The notes: generated by a model from the sequence alone, not told the origin. Shown: positions 1-10,018, numbered from the stretch's first letter. The stretch is 64,000 nt of DNA from Candidatus Omnitrophota bacterium (GCA_040755155.1 JBFMBP010000143.1:35309-99308); one strand, 5' to 3'. Made by a program: numbers and translations.

Positions 1-674
1 GGCTGAGGACCGAAATACCAGCGCAATCCCGCCGCCGCGCCTATTCCGATTAAGACGTAAAGAGCGAAAAACAGCCAGAAACGGCCGGTTCGCTTGTCGG
101 CGCAAAGAAAATACATAGATATTAGAAAAAACGCCGCTTCGAAGCGTTCCAGCGAAGCGACGGCGATGCAAAGAATCAGCCAGATCCATTGATCGTAATA
201 GATCGAAAGCATTCCTACTATATAGATTGCTAGAATCAAAGAACTGCTAGGTTGAAAGTGATAATTGAAAAAACTCAGGGGATGGATGGCGGCTAGGAAT
301 GTCATGCCGAACAATGCAGAGGCATCGGGAAACCAAATTTTGAGATAACGATAAAAGAGCAGCAAAGACGCCGCCGTCGTGGAAAAAACAACTCCAACTT
401 GAAAAAACAAAAAAGACTTCTCGTAAGCGAGAAAGGAAGACGACGCCCTCAGAAACGCTTCGCAGGCCAGATGAAGAAACACGCGATATTGATAAGGATA
501 AAGCGCTTTCCCGGCGAGAAATGTCCGGTGTTGTTCGATTTTATCGCTCAACGTTGGTTCGTCGATGTATTTAAGATGAACATAAGCCAAAATCGCCGCC
601 AAGTGAACCGCGAGCAGGATCGCGCCAAGAGGATTCATCCGGCGGCTATTTTGTTTGTCGATGGCAACCATCAT
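1..674 (-). CDS. Integral membrane protein, 5'-partial; the C-terminal end lies beyond the window start. Translated start is MMVAIDKQNSRRMNPLGAILLAVHLAAIL…
   Basis: I reverse-complemented 1–674 and translated it by hand. It gives a continuous hydrophobic multi-TM ORF starting at the ATG whose complement is at 672–674. The ORF track omits it because it runs off the window. The + strand ORF 399..746 inside it looks like a shadow ORF. Confidence 0.5.
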   Translation of the reverse strand, partial: MMVAIDKQNSRRMNPLGAILLAVHLAAILAYVHLKYIDEPTLSDKIEQHRTFLAGKALYPYQYRVFLHLACEAFLRASSSFLAYEKSFLFFQVGVVFSTTAASLLLFYRYLKIWFPDASALFGMTFLAAIHPLSFFNYHFQPSSSLILAIYIVGMLSIYYDQWIWLILCIAVASLERFEAAFFLISMYFLCADKRTGRFWLFFALYVLIGIGAAAGLRWYFGPQ

Positions 675-710
675 GGATGTTCGCGCCGTCTTTCTCGTGT
701 GATAAACGTC

Positions 711-977
711 TCACATTGGCCTTTCATGCTTGAAACGGATAAATAGGCGTCCGAAATTATCGCTGTCCTTATCGATGCGATGGTAGAGTTTTTTGATATG
801 GGGCTGCTGCAGAAAACGCAGGACGCGCTTTTTCAATTGTCCGCTGCCCTTGCCGGGAATAATTTCTATAATGGGAATGCGCTTTTGCACCGCCTCTTGA
901 ATGACTCGTTCCAATTCAACGTCAATCTTTTTTCCCTTGTTGAATATATCGTGCAAATCAAGTTTCAGTTTGGCCAT
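711..977 (-). CDS. Smr (MutS2 C-terminal-like) domain protein
   Basis: The 88-aa product has the LDLH…IIPGKGSG…LKKRV pattern typical of Smr domains. Confidence 0.65.
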   Translation of the reverse strand: MAKLKLDLHDIFNKGKKIDVELERVIQEAVQKRIPIIEIIPGKGSGQLKKRVLRFLQQPHIKKLYHRIDKDSDNFGRLFIRFKHERPM

Positions 978-1093
978 CGTCTTCGATTCCTCGCCGCTTT
1001 CCCGCTTTAATCGTAAAAAGATCTCATGTTACGCAGTCTGTGGGTGCAGGAGTCCCGCCTGTACATTGATAAAACCATCCATGCGCTGCGATT

Positions 1094-1270
1094 GACGTTA
1101 TTGAATCACGAAAACACGAAATAACACGAAATCCACGAAATTTTAGAATCGCGGATATCGCGGATTCTTTTGGATTTCACGGAAAAATCTTTCGCACAGC
1201 ACGATGCCTTGCATCAATAGTTATTCTTTTTTTCGTGTTTTCTTTTTAATTTCGCGTCTTCGTGATTCGG
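1094..1270. repeat. MITE-like element, copy A: ~20-bp terminal inverted repeats (gaatcacgaaaacacgaaat … atttcgcgtcttcgtgattc) and four internal CACGAAAT iterons
   Basis: The TIR pairing is visible directly. The internal 27-mer cggatatcgcggattcttttggatttc recurs as an exact reverse complement at 11531–11557. Confidence 0.5.
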
Positions 1271-1453
1271 GCGGCGATAGGTTGAGATTCCTGTATTTTC
1301 TATTGCGCATAACAAAAGTTATAGTATTCCAAAAAATCCCTCCTTAACAGTCTTAAGACCGATCAGATTCGGGCAAATTTCCTTGACAGAAAGAGAAATT
1401 CGCCGGATGCTAAAACTCAAGAGATCAATTACCAATAAGCATGAGGCGTCAAG

Positions 1454-2455
1454 ATGAAATATCGTCCATTAGGAAAATCGGAAATTGAAGCGTCGGCAGT
1501 CGGCTTGGGAACATGGGTTACCGGGGGCGGCTCCGTCTGGGGCGGGGATGTTGACGAAGCGGAATCGATCCGCGCCATACATGCTTCCCTCGACGCGGGA
1601 GTGAACCTTATCGATACGGCGCCCGCTTATGGCTTCGGACGCAGCGAGGAGATCGTGGGCAAAGCGTTGAAAGGCAGGCGGGATCAAGCCGTCATCGCCA
1701 CCAAGTGCGGACTCTGGTGGCAGGATCGACGCGGCTCGTTCTTCTGCGTCTTCGACGGACGCGATATTTATCGCTCCCTGCGCCCGGATACGATTCGGGA
1801 AGAGATCGAACAGAGCCTGAAACGGCTGGATGTGGAAACCATCGATCTCTATCAAGTCCATTGGCCCGCTATCGTTCCCGACAAAACGCCGATAGGGGAA
1901 ACCATCGATTGCTTGTTGGAACTGAAGCAGCAGGGAAAAATCCGAGCCATCGGCGCATCCAACATCAGTTTGGAAGAATTGAAGGAATACGAGGAGCGCG
2001 GCCCAATCGATTCCAATCAACCTCGCTACAGTATGCTTTATCGGCAGATTGAGAAAGATATCCTTCCCTATTGCATTGAAAGGAACATATCTACGCTCGC
2101 CTACATGCCGTTGGAACAAGGATTGTTGACGGGCAAAGTGGGCATGGACCGCCGGTTCGGCGAAGGAGAATGGCGCAGCAATCTGGATTGGAATCCGTGG
2201 TTCAAGATGGAAAACCGCCCACGCATTCTCCAGATGTTGGATTCGTGGCATGACCTAACGGCGAAATACGGTTGTACGCTGGCGCAACTGACCATCGCTT
2301 GGACCTACAGCCAACCCGGCGTCACTCACGCCCTATGCGGAGCGCGCACAGCGGCGCAGGCCATCGACAACGCCAAGGCGGGCGAGATCGAACTCGATCC
2401 CGAAGACATTTCCCGCATCCGGAAAGATGTTCTGGCGCTGGGCGATCCCGCTTAA
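1454..2455 (+). CDS. Aldo/keto reductase family oxidoreductase
   Basis: N-terminal MKYRPLGKSEIEASAVGLGTW…IDTAPAYG…, length 333 aa, and a canonical AKR motif arrangement. Confidence 0.9.
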   Translation: MKYRPLGKSEIEASAVGLGTWVTGGGSVWGGDVDEAESIRAIHASLDAGVNLIDTAPAYGFGRSEEIVGKALKGRRDQAVIATKCGLWWQDRRGSFFCVFDGRDIYRSLRPDTIREEIEQSLKRLDVETIDLYQVHWPAIVPDKTPIGETIDCLLELKQQGKIRAIGASNISLEELKEYEERGPIDSNQPRYSMLYRQIEKDILPYCIERNISTLAYMPLEQGLLTGKVGMDRRFGEGEWRSNLDWNPWFKMENRPRILQMLDSWHDLTAKYGCTLAQLTIAWTYSQPGVTHALCGARTAAQAIDNAKAGEIELDPEDISRIRKDVLALGDPA

Positions 2456-2553
2456 GATTAAACCATTCGCCGGTCTTATTATTGGATCGCTGAAAAAAGG
2501 GGTGAATTAGCTCTTCTTGCTAAGATCATGTTTTTTCAAATATAATAATATTA

Positions 2554-3522
2554 ATGAAAATCAATTCGGGCGTTGGCCTTGAGAGAGCCGTCTTTCGAAG
2601 TTCCGACGCTTTGCGTAAAGCCGGGAGAGGAGTTTGGGGAATGAGTTACGCTGTGATGCTTCAACGCCAGGAAGCTGGCAAACAACGTTTCAAGGAAGGC
2701 CATTATTCGGAATCGGAACGCTGCTTCCAAACCGCCATCAAGGAAGCGGAAAAATTTCAGGCGCCCAACGAGTATCTAGCTCGGCAGATTAAAAACCTGG
2801 GAGTTTTTTATTTCGCCTTGGGCGAGTTGGAAAATGCGGAGCATTTGTTCAAGCAATCCCTGGCCATGGAAAGAGAATTGCATGGTTTGACGAGTCTGGA
2901 AGTCTGTAAAAGTCTGAATCACTTGGGCCTGTTATATCAAATCCACGAAAAATATCCCCAAGCGGAGGAAACTTACGAACAGGCGTTGAAGATTGTAGAG
3001 CAAGCCTCGTTTCAGAGGTATCCGGAAGTCGATTCGAAACTGCATTACTTGAGCCTTCATCTTCTCGCCATGGTCTATTGCGCCCAGAATAAACAAGACG
3101 CCGCCATCGAGATGTGCAACAAGGCGGCGGGAAAAATCACTCGTAACGCGGGATGGGGCGGTAAAGAGATATCGATGGACATTCACGATGTCGCCGTCAA
3201 TTATTGCAACCGCGACCGGCTTCCCGAAGCGAAAAAAGCGTGCGAATGGCTGCTGCAATCTTTTTCGGAACAATTGCAAACGGAATTTCTCGGCGCCGTC
3301 TCCAAAGATCACCACCGCAAGCGGCGGGAAATGGAATTTGAAACGAACCGTATGAAATCCGTCCTTGAATTGGCGTCTGCTTACGAAGACGTTTGGCGTC
3401 CATCCGTAATCTGCCGCGATGAAGCGGTCCCTTCCAACCGGTTGGCGCCGTCCGCGCCGCCAAAGGCAGCGGCGCCGGACAATCGGCTATCCAATTACGC
3501 CGAAGAGAGTTGGCGTCCCTGA
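2554..3522 (+). CDS. Tetratricopeptide-repeat protein
   Basis: Repeated A-x-x-x-Y/F-x-x-A-L 34-residue units, for example NLGVFYFALGELENAEHLFKQSL and LNHLGLLYQIHEKYPQAEETYEQAL. Confidence 0.6.
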   Translation: MKINSGVGLERAVFRSSDALRKAGRGVWGMSYAVMLQRQEAGKQRFKEGHYSESERCFQTAIKEAEKFQAPNEYLARQIKNLGVFYFALGELENAEHLFKQSLAMERELHGLTSLEVCKSLNHLGLLYQIHEKYPQAEETYEQALKIVEQASFQRYPEVDSKLHYLSLHLLAMVYCAQNKQDAAIEMCNKAAGKITRNAGWGGKEISMDIHDVAVNYCNRDRLPEAKKACEWLLQSFSEQLQTEFLGAVSKDHHRKRREMEFETNRMKSVLELASAYEDVWRPSVICRDEAVPSNRLAPSAPPKAAAPDNRLSNYAEESWRP

Positions 3523-3873
3523 AAAGCCGCGAATTGGAATCTCTCGTCAAAGCGGTTTCTCCCGCTTCCGGCGGATAAGGAGCGAAGATAAACTCTTGCC
3601 CAAGGGTATTCTCCTCTGACGCTTTTCCTGCTGAAAGCGCGTTTGAAAACCTATTGAGAATGCCGTAATGAATAGCCGGCCGCGCATGGCTATTCCGAAA
3701 ATCCGATCGGTTTTCGCCCTCGCTTTGCGGGAGGGCGATTCTTTTTGCGCATCCCATCCCGCCGCCTGGATATATCCGTCCGCATCCGGTTTTCGGAATA
3801 GCGAACGGCGGAGCGGTTCTTTGCGCCGCCGATATAGAAAATCGAAAAATTATAGGCTATCGTAGTTATACTT

Positions 3874-5136
3874 ATGGAGGAACGTTCCATGTCAGAATTA
3901 AGCGCTTTCGCCATCACCCAGAGACAGCTGTCCGAATGCGTAGATATCTTGCAACTTGATCCTGGCGTTCATGCGATTCTACGGTCGCCGATGAGGGAAA
4001 TTCATATCTCGCTGCCGGTTCGCATGGATGACGGCTCCATGAGAGTATTTCAAGGTTACCGCGTCCAATACAACAACGCCAAAGGTCCCACCAAAGGCGG
4101 GATTCGCTTCCATGCGGACAAAACGATCGATAACGTCCGCGCCCAAGCCGCCTGGATGACCTGGAAATGCTCGCTGCTCGATTTGCCGCTGGGCGGCGCG
4201 GGCGGCGGCGTGATGTGCAATCCGAAAGAGATGTCCAAGAACGAATTGGAACGCCTCAGCCGGGCGTATATCGATAAGTTATGCGAAGCGATCGGTCCAG
4301 ATAAAGACATCCCTGCGCCTGATGTTTATACCGACCCCCAAATTATGGCCTGGATGATGGACGAATATTTCAAAATCACCCAACGCAGCCAATTTGGCGT
4401 CATCACCGGCAAGCCGCTGGCGATCGGCGGTTCGGTGGGACGCACGGATGCGGCGGCGCGCGGCGCTATGTACGCTCTTCGCGAAGCCGTGGAAGCCTAC
4501 GGCATGGATCCGTCCAACGCCACGGCGGCCGTGCAGGGCTATGGCAACGCCGGATACTTCGCCGCATCCCTATGCTCCACGCTCTTCGGCTGCAAAGTGA
4601 TCGCCGTCAGCGACTCCCAAGGAGGCATCCTCAACCGGGACGGACTGGATGCGGAAGCCATCCGCAAACATAAAGCCATGACCGGCTCCGTCGTCGGATT
4701 CGAAGGATCGCAACCTATCTCCAACGAAGATATTCTGGAACTCGACGTGGATATCCTCATCCCAGCGGCGCTGGAAAACGTCATCACGGAAAAGAACGCG
4801 CCCAATATTAAGGCGAGAATATTAGCGGAACTGGCCAATGGCCCCACGACGCCGGAAGCCGACGCCATACTTAACAAAAAGGGAATTCATCTGATCCCGG
4901 ATTTTCTCTGCAACGCGGGGGGCGTTACCGTCTCCTATTTCGAAATGGTGCAAAACGCTTATATGTATTATTGGGATAAGGAGATGATCCATAAACGCTT
5001 GGATCAAAAGATGACCGCCTCCTATCATGCGGTGCTCAACGCTTCCAAGCGCTTCAACATCAATATGAGAAAAGCCGCCTACGTCGTTTCCGTGCTGCGC
5101 GTAGTAGAAGCAATGAAAATCCGCGGCTGGATATAG
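3874..5136 (+). CDS. gdhA: Glutamate dehydrogenase (Glu/Leu/Phe/Val dehydrogenase family)
   Basis: The KGGIRFH motif, a GxGNAG/GYGNAGY dinucleotide-binding loop, and 420 aa. The start may instead be at 3889 (MSELSAF). Confidence 0.9.
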   Translation: MEERSMSELSAFAITQRQLSECVDILQLDPGVHAILRSPMREIHISLPVRMDDGSMRVFQGYRVQYNNAKGPTKGGIRFHADKTIDNVRAQAAWMTWKCSLLDLPLGGAGGGVMCNPKEMSKNELERLSRAYIDKLCEAIGPDKDIPAPDVYTDPQIMAWMMDEYFKITQRSQFGVITGKPLAIGGSVGRTDAAARGAMYALREAVEAYGMDPSNATAAVQGYGNAGYFAASLCSTLFGCKVIAVSDSQGGILNRDGLDAEAIRKHKAMTGSVVGFEGSQPISNEDILELDVDILIPAALENVITEKNAPNIKARILAELANGPTTPEADAILNKKGIHLIPDFLCNAGGVTVSYFEMVQNAYMYYWDKEMIHKRLDQKMTASYHAVLNASKRFNINMRKAAYVVSVLRVVEAMKIRGWI

Positions 5137-5158
5137 ACGGGAGATCGATTTGGAATGA

Positions 5159-7789
5159 ATGGGGGGAATAACGATGGAATCCAGAGTCATTCGCAGTGGA
5201 GTACCGCCTCTCGACGAGGCTCTTCAAGGCATCCGTCTGGGCGACAACGTCGTATGGCAAATCGACCGCTTGGAGGATTACAAGTATTTTGCCCGGCGTT
5301 TCGCCGTCCAGGCGATTAGCGACAAGCGCAAGTTGGTTTATCTGCGCTTCGCTTCCCATTCCCCTATTCTTGAACCTCAGCCCGGCCTAACGATCATCGA
5401 AGTCGATCCTAGTCCGGGCTTCGATTATTTCAGCGTTGAATTGCATAAAATCATCGACGAACAAGGCAGGGAATGCTTCTACGTCTTCGACAACCTTTCC
5501 GCCCTGGTCGCCGAATGGGCGACGGACGAACTGCTGGCTAACTTTTTTCAAGTAACCTGCCCCTTCCTATTCGAATTGGATACGGTTGCCTATTTTGCTT
5601 TAAAACTGGGCAAGCACGACGATAACACGGTGGCCCGCATCCGGGAAACGACGCAATTGCTGCTCAATCTTTACAACGTCAAAGGCAACCTTTGCCTTCA
5701 CGCGCTCAAAGTATGGAACCGCTACTCCATGCAGATGTTTCTGCCGCACATTATTACGGAAAACGAAATCATCCCCGTGTTTCAAAGCGGAGCGGCGGCG
5801 GAAATTACGGCCATCGCGCGCAAGAATCCGCTGCGGGCGGGCGCCGATTCCATCGCGCCGTGGGAATCCGTCTATCGGAAATTGATTCAATACCACCACG
5901 ATGGCGATGACTCCCTGGCGGCGAGTCCCGAAGCGGCGACGTTGAAACGCGAATTCGCGCGCATGATGTTCGGCAATCAACCGGAGTTCATGTCTCTGGC
6001 GGATACCTATCTCTCCTTGGACGATCTCTTCAATATTCGCAGCCGCATTATCGGATCGGGGCGGATCGGCGGCAAAGCGGCGGGGATGCTGCTGGCGCGA
6101 TGCATCCTGACGCAGAATCAAAAAAACGTCGATTTTACCGAAGTCATGGAAGATCACGATTCCTTCTACATCGGCTCCGACGTTTTTTTTACTTTTCTTG
6201 TCAATAACGATTTATTCCGCCTTCGCCTGCAATTGACGCAGGGCGGACAGATATCGTTCGAAGAATTCGAAGAAGTGGAAAAGCGGTTTCTGCAAGGAAC
6301 GTTTCCCCGCGAGATCATGGAACAATTCTGGAATATGCTGGAGTATTTCGGCCAGGCGCCGATCATCGTGCGCTCCAGCAGCCTGTTGGAAGACAGCTTC
6401 GGAAACGCCTTTGCAGGCAAGTATCGCAGCGAATTCTGCACTAACCAGGGCAATCCCGAATTGCGCATGGAGACGTTTCTGCGCGCTGTGAAATGGGTTT
6501 ACGCCAGCGCTTTGAATCCCGACGCGCTTTCCTACCGTCAGAAGCGGGGGCTGGACGAACGGGACGAACAGATGGCGCTATTGGTACAGCGCGTTTCCGG
6601 CATGCCCTATAAAAAATATTTCTTCCCCAGCCTCGCCGGAGTGGCTTTCTCCCACAATCTCTACGCCTGGACTAACCGCATCGATCGGGAAAAAGGCATC
6701 ATCCGTCTCGTTTTTGGACTCGGAACGCGGGCCGTGGATCGCATTGGCGGCGACTATCCGCGCATGATTCCCGTCAGCCAACCCGAACTGCGGCCTGAGA
6801 TGGGGGAAAAAATCGTCAAGTATTCCCAACGGGAAATCGATCTGCTCGACCTGGAAGCGAATAATCTCGTCACTCGTTCCGCAGGAGAAATATTAAAGAA
6901 TTGCGATTATCCCAACCAATACCTTTTTATTTCCACGTTTAAAAACGGCTTTCTTTCCGATCCCTCCTCAATTTTTATCGAGGAAGACGCTCAGGAATAC
7001 GTTTTGACGTTCAATAACCTGATTCGCCGCACAGATATGGTTAAGATCATCGAGGAGATGCTGGACATTCTGAAAACCGCCTACGGGCGCCCCATCGATA
7101 CGGAATTTACGGCGTTTGTCAATTCCAAAGGGCGCGTCCGCATCAATCTCCTGCAATGCCGTCCCATGTCGATTCCTGGTACGGAGGGACGAGCCATCGA
7201 AATGCCCCTAAACATCCCTGCGGAACGGATTCTCTTCCAATCGAACCGCATCGTCAGCGGCGGAGTGATTCCCAATATCCGCTATATCGTCTTCATCCAT
7301 CCCAAGGAATACAACGCTATTCCTATGGAGATGAAGCAATCGATCGGACGCGTCGTGGGCCGGATCAACGCGCTTCCCTGCATTCAAGAAGGCAAAAATA
7401 TCATGATGGGGCCGGGACGTTGGGGGACTAGCAATATCGTCCAGGGCGTCAACGTCCACTATTCCGACATCAACAACGCTTGCATTCTCGTAGAAGTAGC
7501 CAAAGAAGACGCCGGACAAGTTCCCGAAGTCTCTTACGGTACGCATTTCTTTCTCGACCTGGTGGAATCGCAGATCATTTATCTGCCCGTCTACCCCGAC
7601 GATCCCAAATGCCGATTCAATTGGGATTTTTTTAACAACTCGCCCAACGTCCTGCTTCAACTCTTGCCCGACGCGAGCGAGTATGCAAACCTGATCCGCA
7701 TCATCGACGCTCCTCAGGCCTCGAATGGATTGTGCTTGCAAGCCGTAGCCGATCCCCAGAGCCAAAACGCCGTTTGTTTTTTGAAATAA
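5159..7789 (+). CDS. Large PEP/pyruvate-binding (PPDK_N ATP-grasp) domain protein with an N-terminal RecA/KaiC-like region that lacks a Walker A motif
   Basis: The central region has IRSRIIGSGRIGGKAAGMLLAR and LLVQRV…GLGTRAVD, typical of the PEP synthase / PPDK N-terminal nucleotide-binding domain. The N-terminus (RSGVPPLDEALQGIRLGDNVVWQIDR…) resembles the KaiC/RadA fold, but no GxxGxGKT/S is present. Confidence 0.65.
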   Translation: MGGITMESRVIRSGVPPLDEALQGIRLGDNVVWQIDRLEDYKYFARRFAVQAISDKRKLVYLRFASHSPILEPQPGLTIIEVDPSPGFDYFSVELHKIIDEQGRECFYVFDNLSALVAEWATDELLANFFQVTCPFLFELDTVAYFALKLGKHDDNTVARIRETTQLLLNLYNVKGNLCLHALKVWNRYSMQMFLPHIITENEIIPVFQSGAAAEITAIARKNPLRAGADSIAPWESVYRKLIQYHHDGDDSLAASPEAATLKREFARMMFGNQPEFMSLADTYLSLDDLFNIRSRIIGSGRIGGKAAGMLLARCILTQNQKNVDFTEVMEDHDSFYIGSDVFFTFLVNNDLFRLRLQLTQGGQISFEEFEEVEKRFLQGTFPREIMEQFWNMLEYFGQAPIIVRSSSLLEDSFGNAFAGKYRSEFCTNQGNPELRMETFLRAVKWVYASALNPDALSYRQKRGLDERDEQMALLVQRVSGMPYKKYFFPSLAGVAFSHNLYAWTNRIDREKGIIRLVFGLGTRAVDRIGGDYPRMIPVSQPELRPEMGEKIVKYSQREIDLLDLEANNLVTRSAGEILKNCDYPNQYLFISTFKNGFLSDPSSIFIEEDAQEYVLTFNNLIRRTDMVKIIEEMLDILKTAYGRPIDTEFTAFVNSKGRVRINLLQCRPMSIPGTEGRAIEMPLNIPAERILFQSNRIVSGGVIPNIRYIVFIHPKEYNAIPMEMKQSIGRVVGRINALPCIQEGKNIMMGPGRWGTSNIVQGVNVHYSDINNACILVEVAKEDAGQVPEVSYGTHFFLDLVESQIIYLPVYPDDPKCRFNWDFFNNSPNVLLQLLPDASEYANLIRIIDAPQASNGLCLQAVADPQSQNAVCFLK

Positions 7790-7810
7790 CGTTGATAAAA
7801 AATTTAAAAA

Positions 7811-7848
7811 ACAGAGAAATAATATTCTCTGTAAAATCTGGTTTTTTG
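7811..7848 (+). terminator. Rho-independent terminator after the 876-aa gene
   Basis: Stem acagagaa / ttctctgt with a 6-nt loop, followed by a T-run (gttttttg). Confidence 0.5.
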
Positions 7849-8132
7849 ATATCGATCGAAATCATGCGTTCAATCATCGAAGCAGCGGTTCGCGGCAAGC
7901 GTCCAGTAGTATGTAAAAAAATTCAACGAGTAATGAAACTCGCTCCACTTGCTTTTTCCGTGATAAAATTACAATAGAGCAACGTTAATAATACAAAGAT
8001 ATTTTTTTCGAATACATTTAACCAACGCCATTTATAGATTCGATAATGCTCATATGCACTCTCCCCTGCGATGCTTTCGATGGTGAGGCAGGCGGTAAGT
8101 ATTTACAACCGGCGGATTGCCTTTTAGGATGA

Positions 8133-8852
8133 TTGTTGGGAGTTGGCTGCGTTGCGAGAGGATGTATGAATTACGAAACATTATTGCTCAATATGCTCCA
8201 ACGCCAGGTCGTGGCGCGTGGAATCCGCAATCCGCGCATTTTGGAAGCGATGCAGCGCGTTCCCCGGCATTTGTTCGTTCCCGAAGAATGCCGGGATCAG
8301 TCGTACGACGATAAACCTTTGGCGCTTCCGGAAGACCGGGCGACGATTTCGCAACCCTACATGGTTGCTTATATGACGGACGCGCTGCAATGCCAATCGA
8401 CGGACCGGATCTTGGAGATTGGTACGGGATCGGGATATCAGGCGGCCGTACTTTCCTGTCTCTGCCGGGAAGTATATACCATCGAGAGGCATTACACGTT
8501 GAGCATCAACGCTCAACGTACGGCGCAAAGCATTGGGAGGGAGAATATTTTTTACCGCACCGGCGACGGTCTGCAAGGGTGGCGGGAAAAAGCGCCTTTC
8601 GATAAAATCGTCGTTACGGCGGCAGCGCGAAAAACTCCTTTAGCGTTAATCGAGCAACTGAAAGAGGACGGCGTATTGCTGATCCCGCTAGGCCCATCGG
8701 AAATGCAGATTCTTACCTCTATCCGCAAAAAAAACGGAAAGGGCGTTCCGAGCGAACTCATTTCCTGCGTTTTCGTCCCTTTGATATCGAAGAACAACGA
8801 TTTAACCCAAGTCGATTTGAATGAGGAATCCTCCGAATCCTCCTCCCAATGA
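8133..8852 (+). CDS. pcm: Protein-L-isoaspartate O-methyltransferase
   Basis: ISQPYMVAYMTDAL…ILEIGTGSGYQAAVLS matches the PIMT signature. The likely true start is the ATG at 8166 (MNYETLLLNML). Confidence 0.85.
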   Translation: MLGVGCVARGCMNYETLLLNMLQRQVVARGIRNPRILEAMQRVPRHLFVPEECRDQSYDDKPLALPEDRATISQPYMVAYMTDALQCQSTDRILEIGTGSGYQAAVLSCLCREVYTIERHYTLSINAQRTAQSIGRENIFYRTGDGLQGWREKAPFDKIVVTAAARKTPLALIEQLKEDGVLLIPLGPSEMQILTSIRKKNGKGVPSELISCVFVPLISKNNDLTQVDLNEESSESSSQ

Positions 8853-10018
8853 AATCGTCATCTTCCCAAGACCTGTTTTTGCGTTCCCTTCTCGTCAACG
8901 CTATGAAGAATCAAAGCGGCTCGCTTGTTTTTTCCCTTCTTCGCGAAGAGAAGGGCGAAATATCGATTTCATGGACGGCGGAGGATCGGGAAAGCGGTTT
9001 TTTAACGCCGCTTTCTGAAGGATCGGCGCCCGTCTTTCTCACTCGCGATGAACTGCCGGACGCCATTCTCCGCGCTTGGAGGGAAGACGATGATGCGCTT
9101 TATATCGAAGAGGGGGAGAAGGTTTTGCGCCTGCGCCGCCAAGGCGGCTCGTTGATCCGGGAAACGTTGGACCGCAAGCCGCAAGTTTTGAAAAATCCCC
9201 TATGGGCTGTGGGCAAAGCCGTCTATTTGCATCCTAACGAAGCGGCGCTGCTGCTGCAAACTATTGGTTTGATGGCGCCTTCCGGCGAAATCAAAACGTC
9301 CATGCGCAAAAAATTCAAACAGGTCAATCATTTCCTTGACCTTTTATCTCCTCTCTTGGAAAAGAATAATGATGCCAAACCGTATACGGTCGTGGACTGC
9401 GGCTGCGGAAAATCGTATCTTGGATTTGCGCTTTATTGGCATATCGTCAAGACGTTGAAAAGGAAAGCCTCTTTTTTGGGGATCGATTCTTCGGAAAAAT
9501 TGATCCGCGATTGCCAGGCGAAGGCGGAGCGATTGGAAATGCCGAATATGGCTTTCCAATGCTCGCCGATCCTAAAAGCGGAGTTTCCATCTCATGTTGA
9601 TCTCGTCGTCAGTCTGCACGCCTGCGATACGGCGACGGACGAGGCGTTGGCCTGCGCCGTGGTTCATGGCGCCCGGCATATCGCCGCTGCGCCTTGCTGC
9701 CAGCATGAATTGGCGGCTCAAATCGAGGGAGCGCCTATGTATCCTTTGGCGAAGCATGGCTTGTTCAAGCAGCGGTTCGCCGAATTGCTGACGGATATGG
9801 CGCGCGCGCTCTGCCTGGAAGCTCACGGTTATGCCGTCGCGGCGGGGGAATTTATCGGCGCGGAAGAGACGCCTAAAAATCTGCTATTGCGCGCCAGCCG
9901 GGGCAACCCGGCATCCGAACAGAGACGGCGGGAATACGCCGCTTTCAAGCAATTTTATCAAATATCTCCCTCGTTGGATGCGATGATTTTGGAAAGAGAG
10001 GCCGAAAAGGGAAAATGA
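8849..10018 (+). CDS. SAM-dependent methyltransferase (Methyltransf_32-like)
   Basis: VVDCGCGKSYLGFAL, SLHACDTATD and APCCQHEL motifs. The start overlaps the pcm stop (ATGA). Confidence 0.7.
   Translation: MKSSSSQDLFLRSLLVNAMKNQSGSLVFSLLREEKGEISISWTAEDRESGFLTPLSEGSAPVFLTRDELPDAILRAWREDDDALYIEEGEKVLRLRRQGGSLIRETLDRKPQVLKNPLWAVGKAVYLHPNEAALLLQTIGLMAPSGEIKTSMRKKFKQVNHFLDLLSPLLEKNNDAKPYTVVDCGCGKSYLGFALYWHIVKTLKRKASFLGIDSSEKLIRDCQAKAERLEMPNMAFQCSPILKAEFPSHVDLVVSLHACDTATDEALACAVVHGARHIAAAPCCQHELAAQIEGAPMYPLAKHGLFKQRFAELLTDMARALCLEAHGYAVAAGEFIGAEETPKNLLLRASRGNPASEQRRREYAAFKQFYQISPSLDAMILEREAEKGK

Noticed and set aside
399-746. 115-aa + strand ORF, and the 780..1010 and 901..1095 ORFs
   Set aside because: The 115-aa ORF lies antisense to a longer, clearly hydrophobic membrane-protein ORF on the − strand (1–674) that runs off the window, and its product is compositionally implausible (Arg/Lys-rich, no motifs). 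The 780..1010 ORF is antisense to the Smr gene.
1469-2251. 260-aa − strand ORF
   Set aside because: It is entirely antisense to the well-supported aldo/keto reductase gene, so it is a shadow ORF.
7850-8130. Possible tRNA or small RNA in the 340-bp gap before pcm
   Set aside because: There is no T-loop-like GGTTCGAATCC or GTTCRANYC motif and no cloverleaf-compatible inverted repeats. It is probably just a terminator plus promoter region. No tRNA or rRNA was recognised anywhere in the window.
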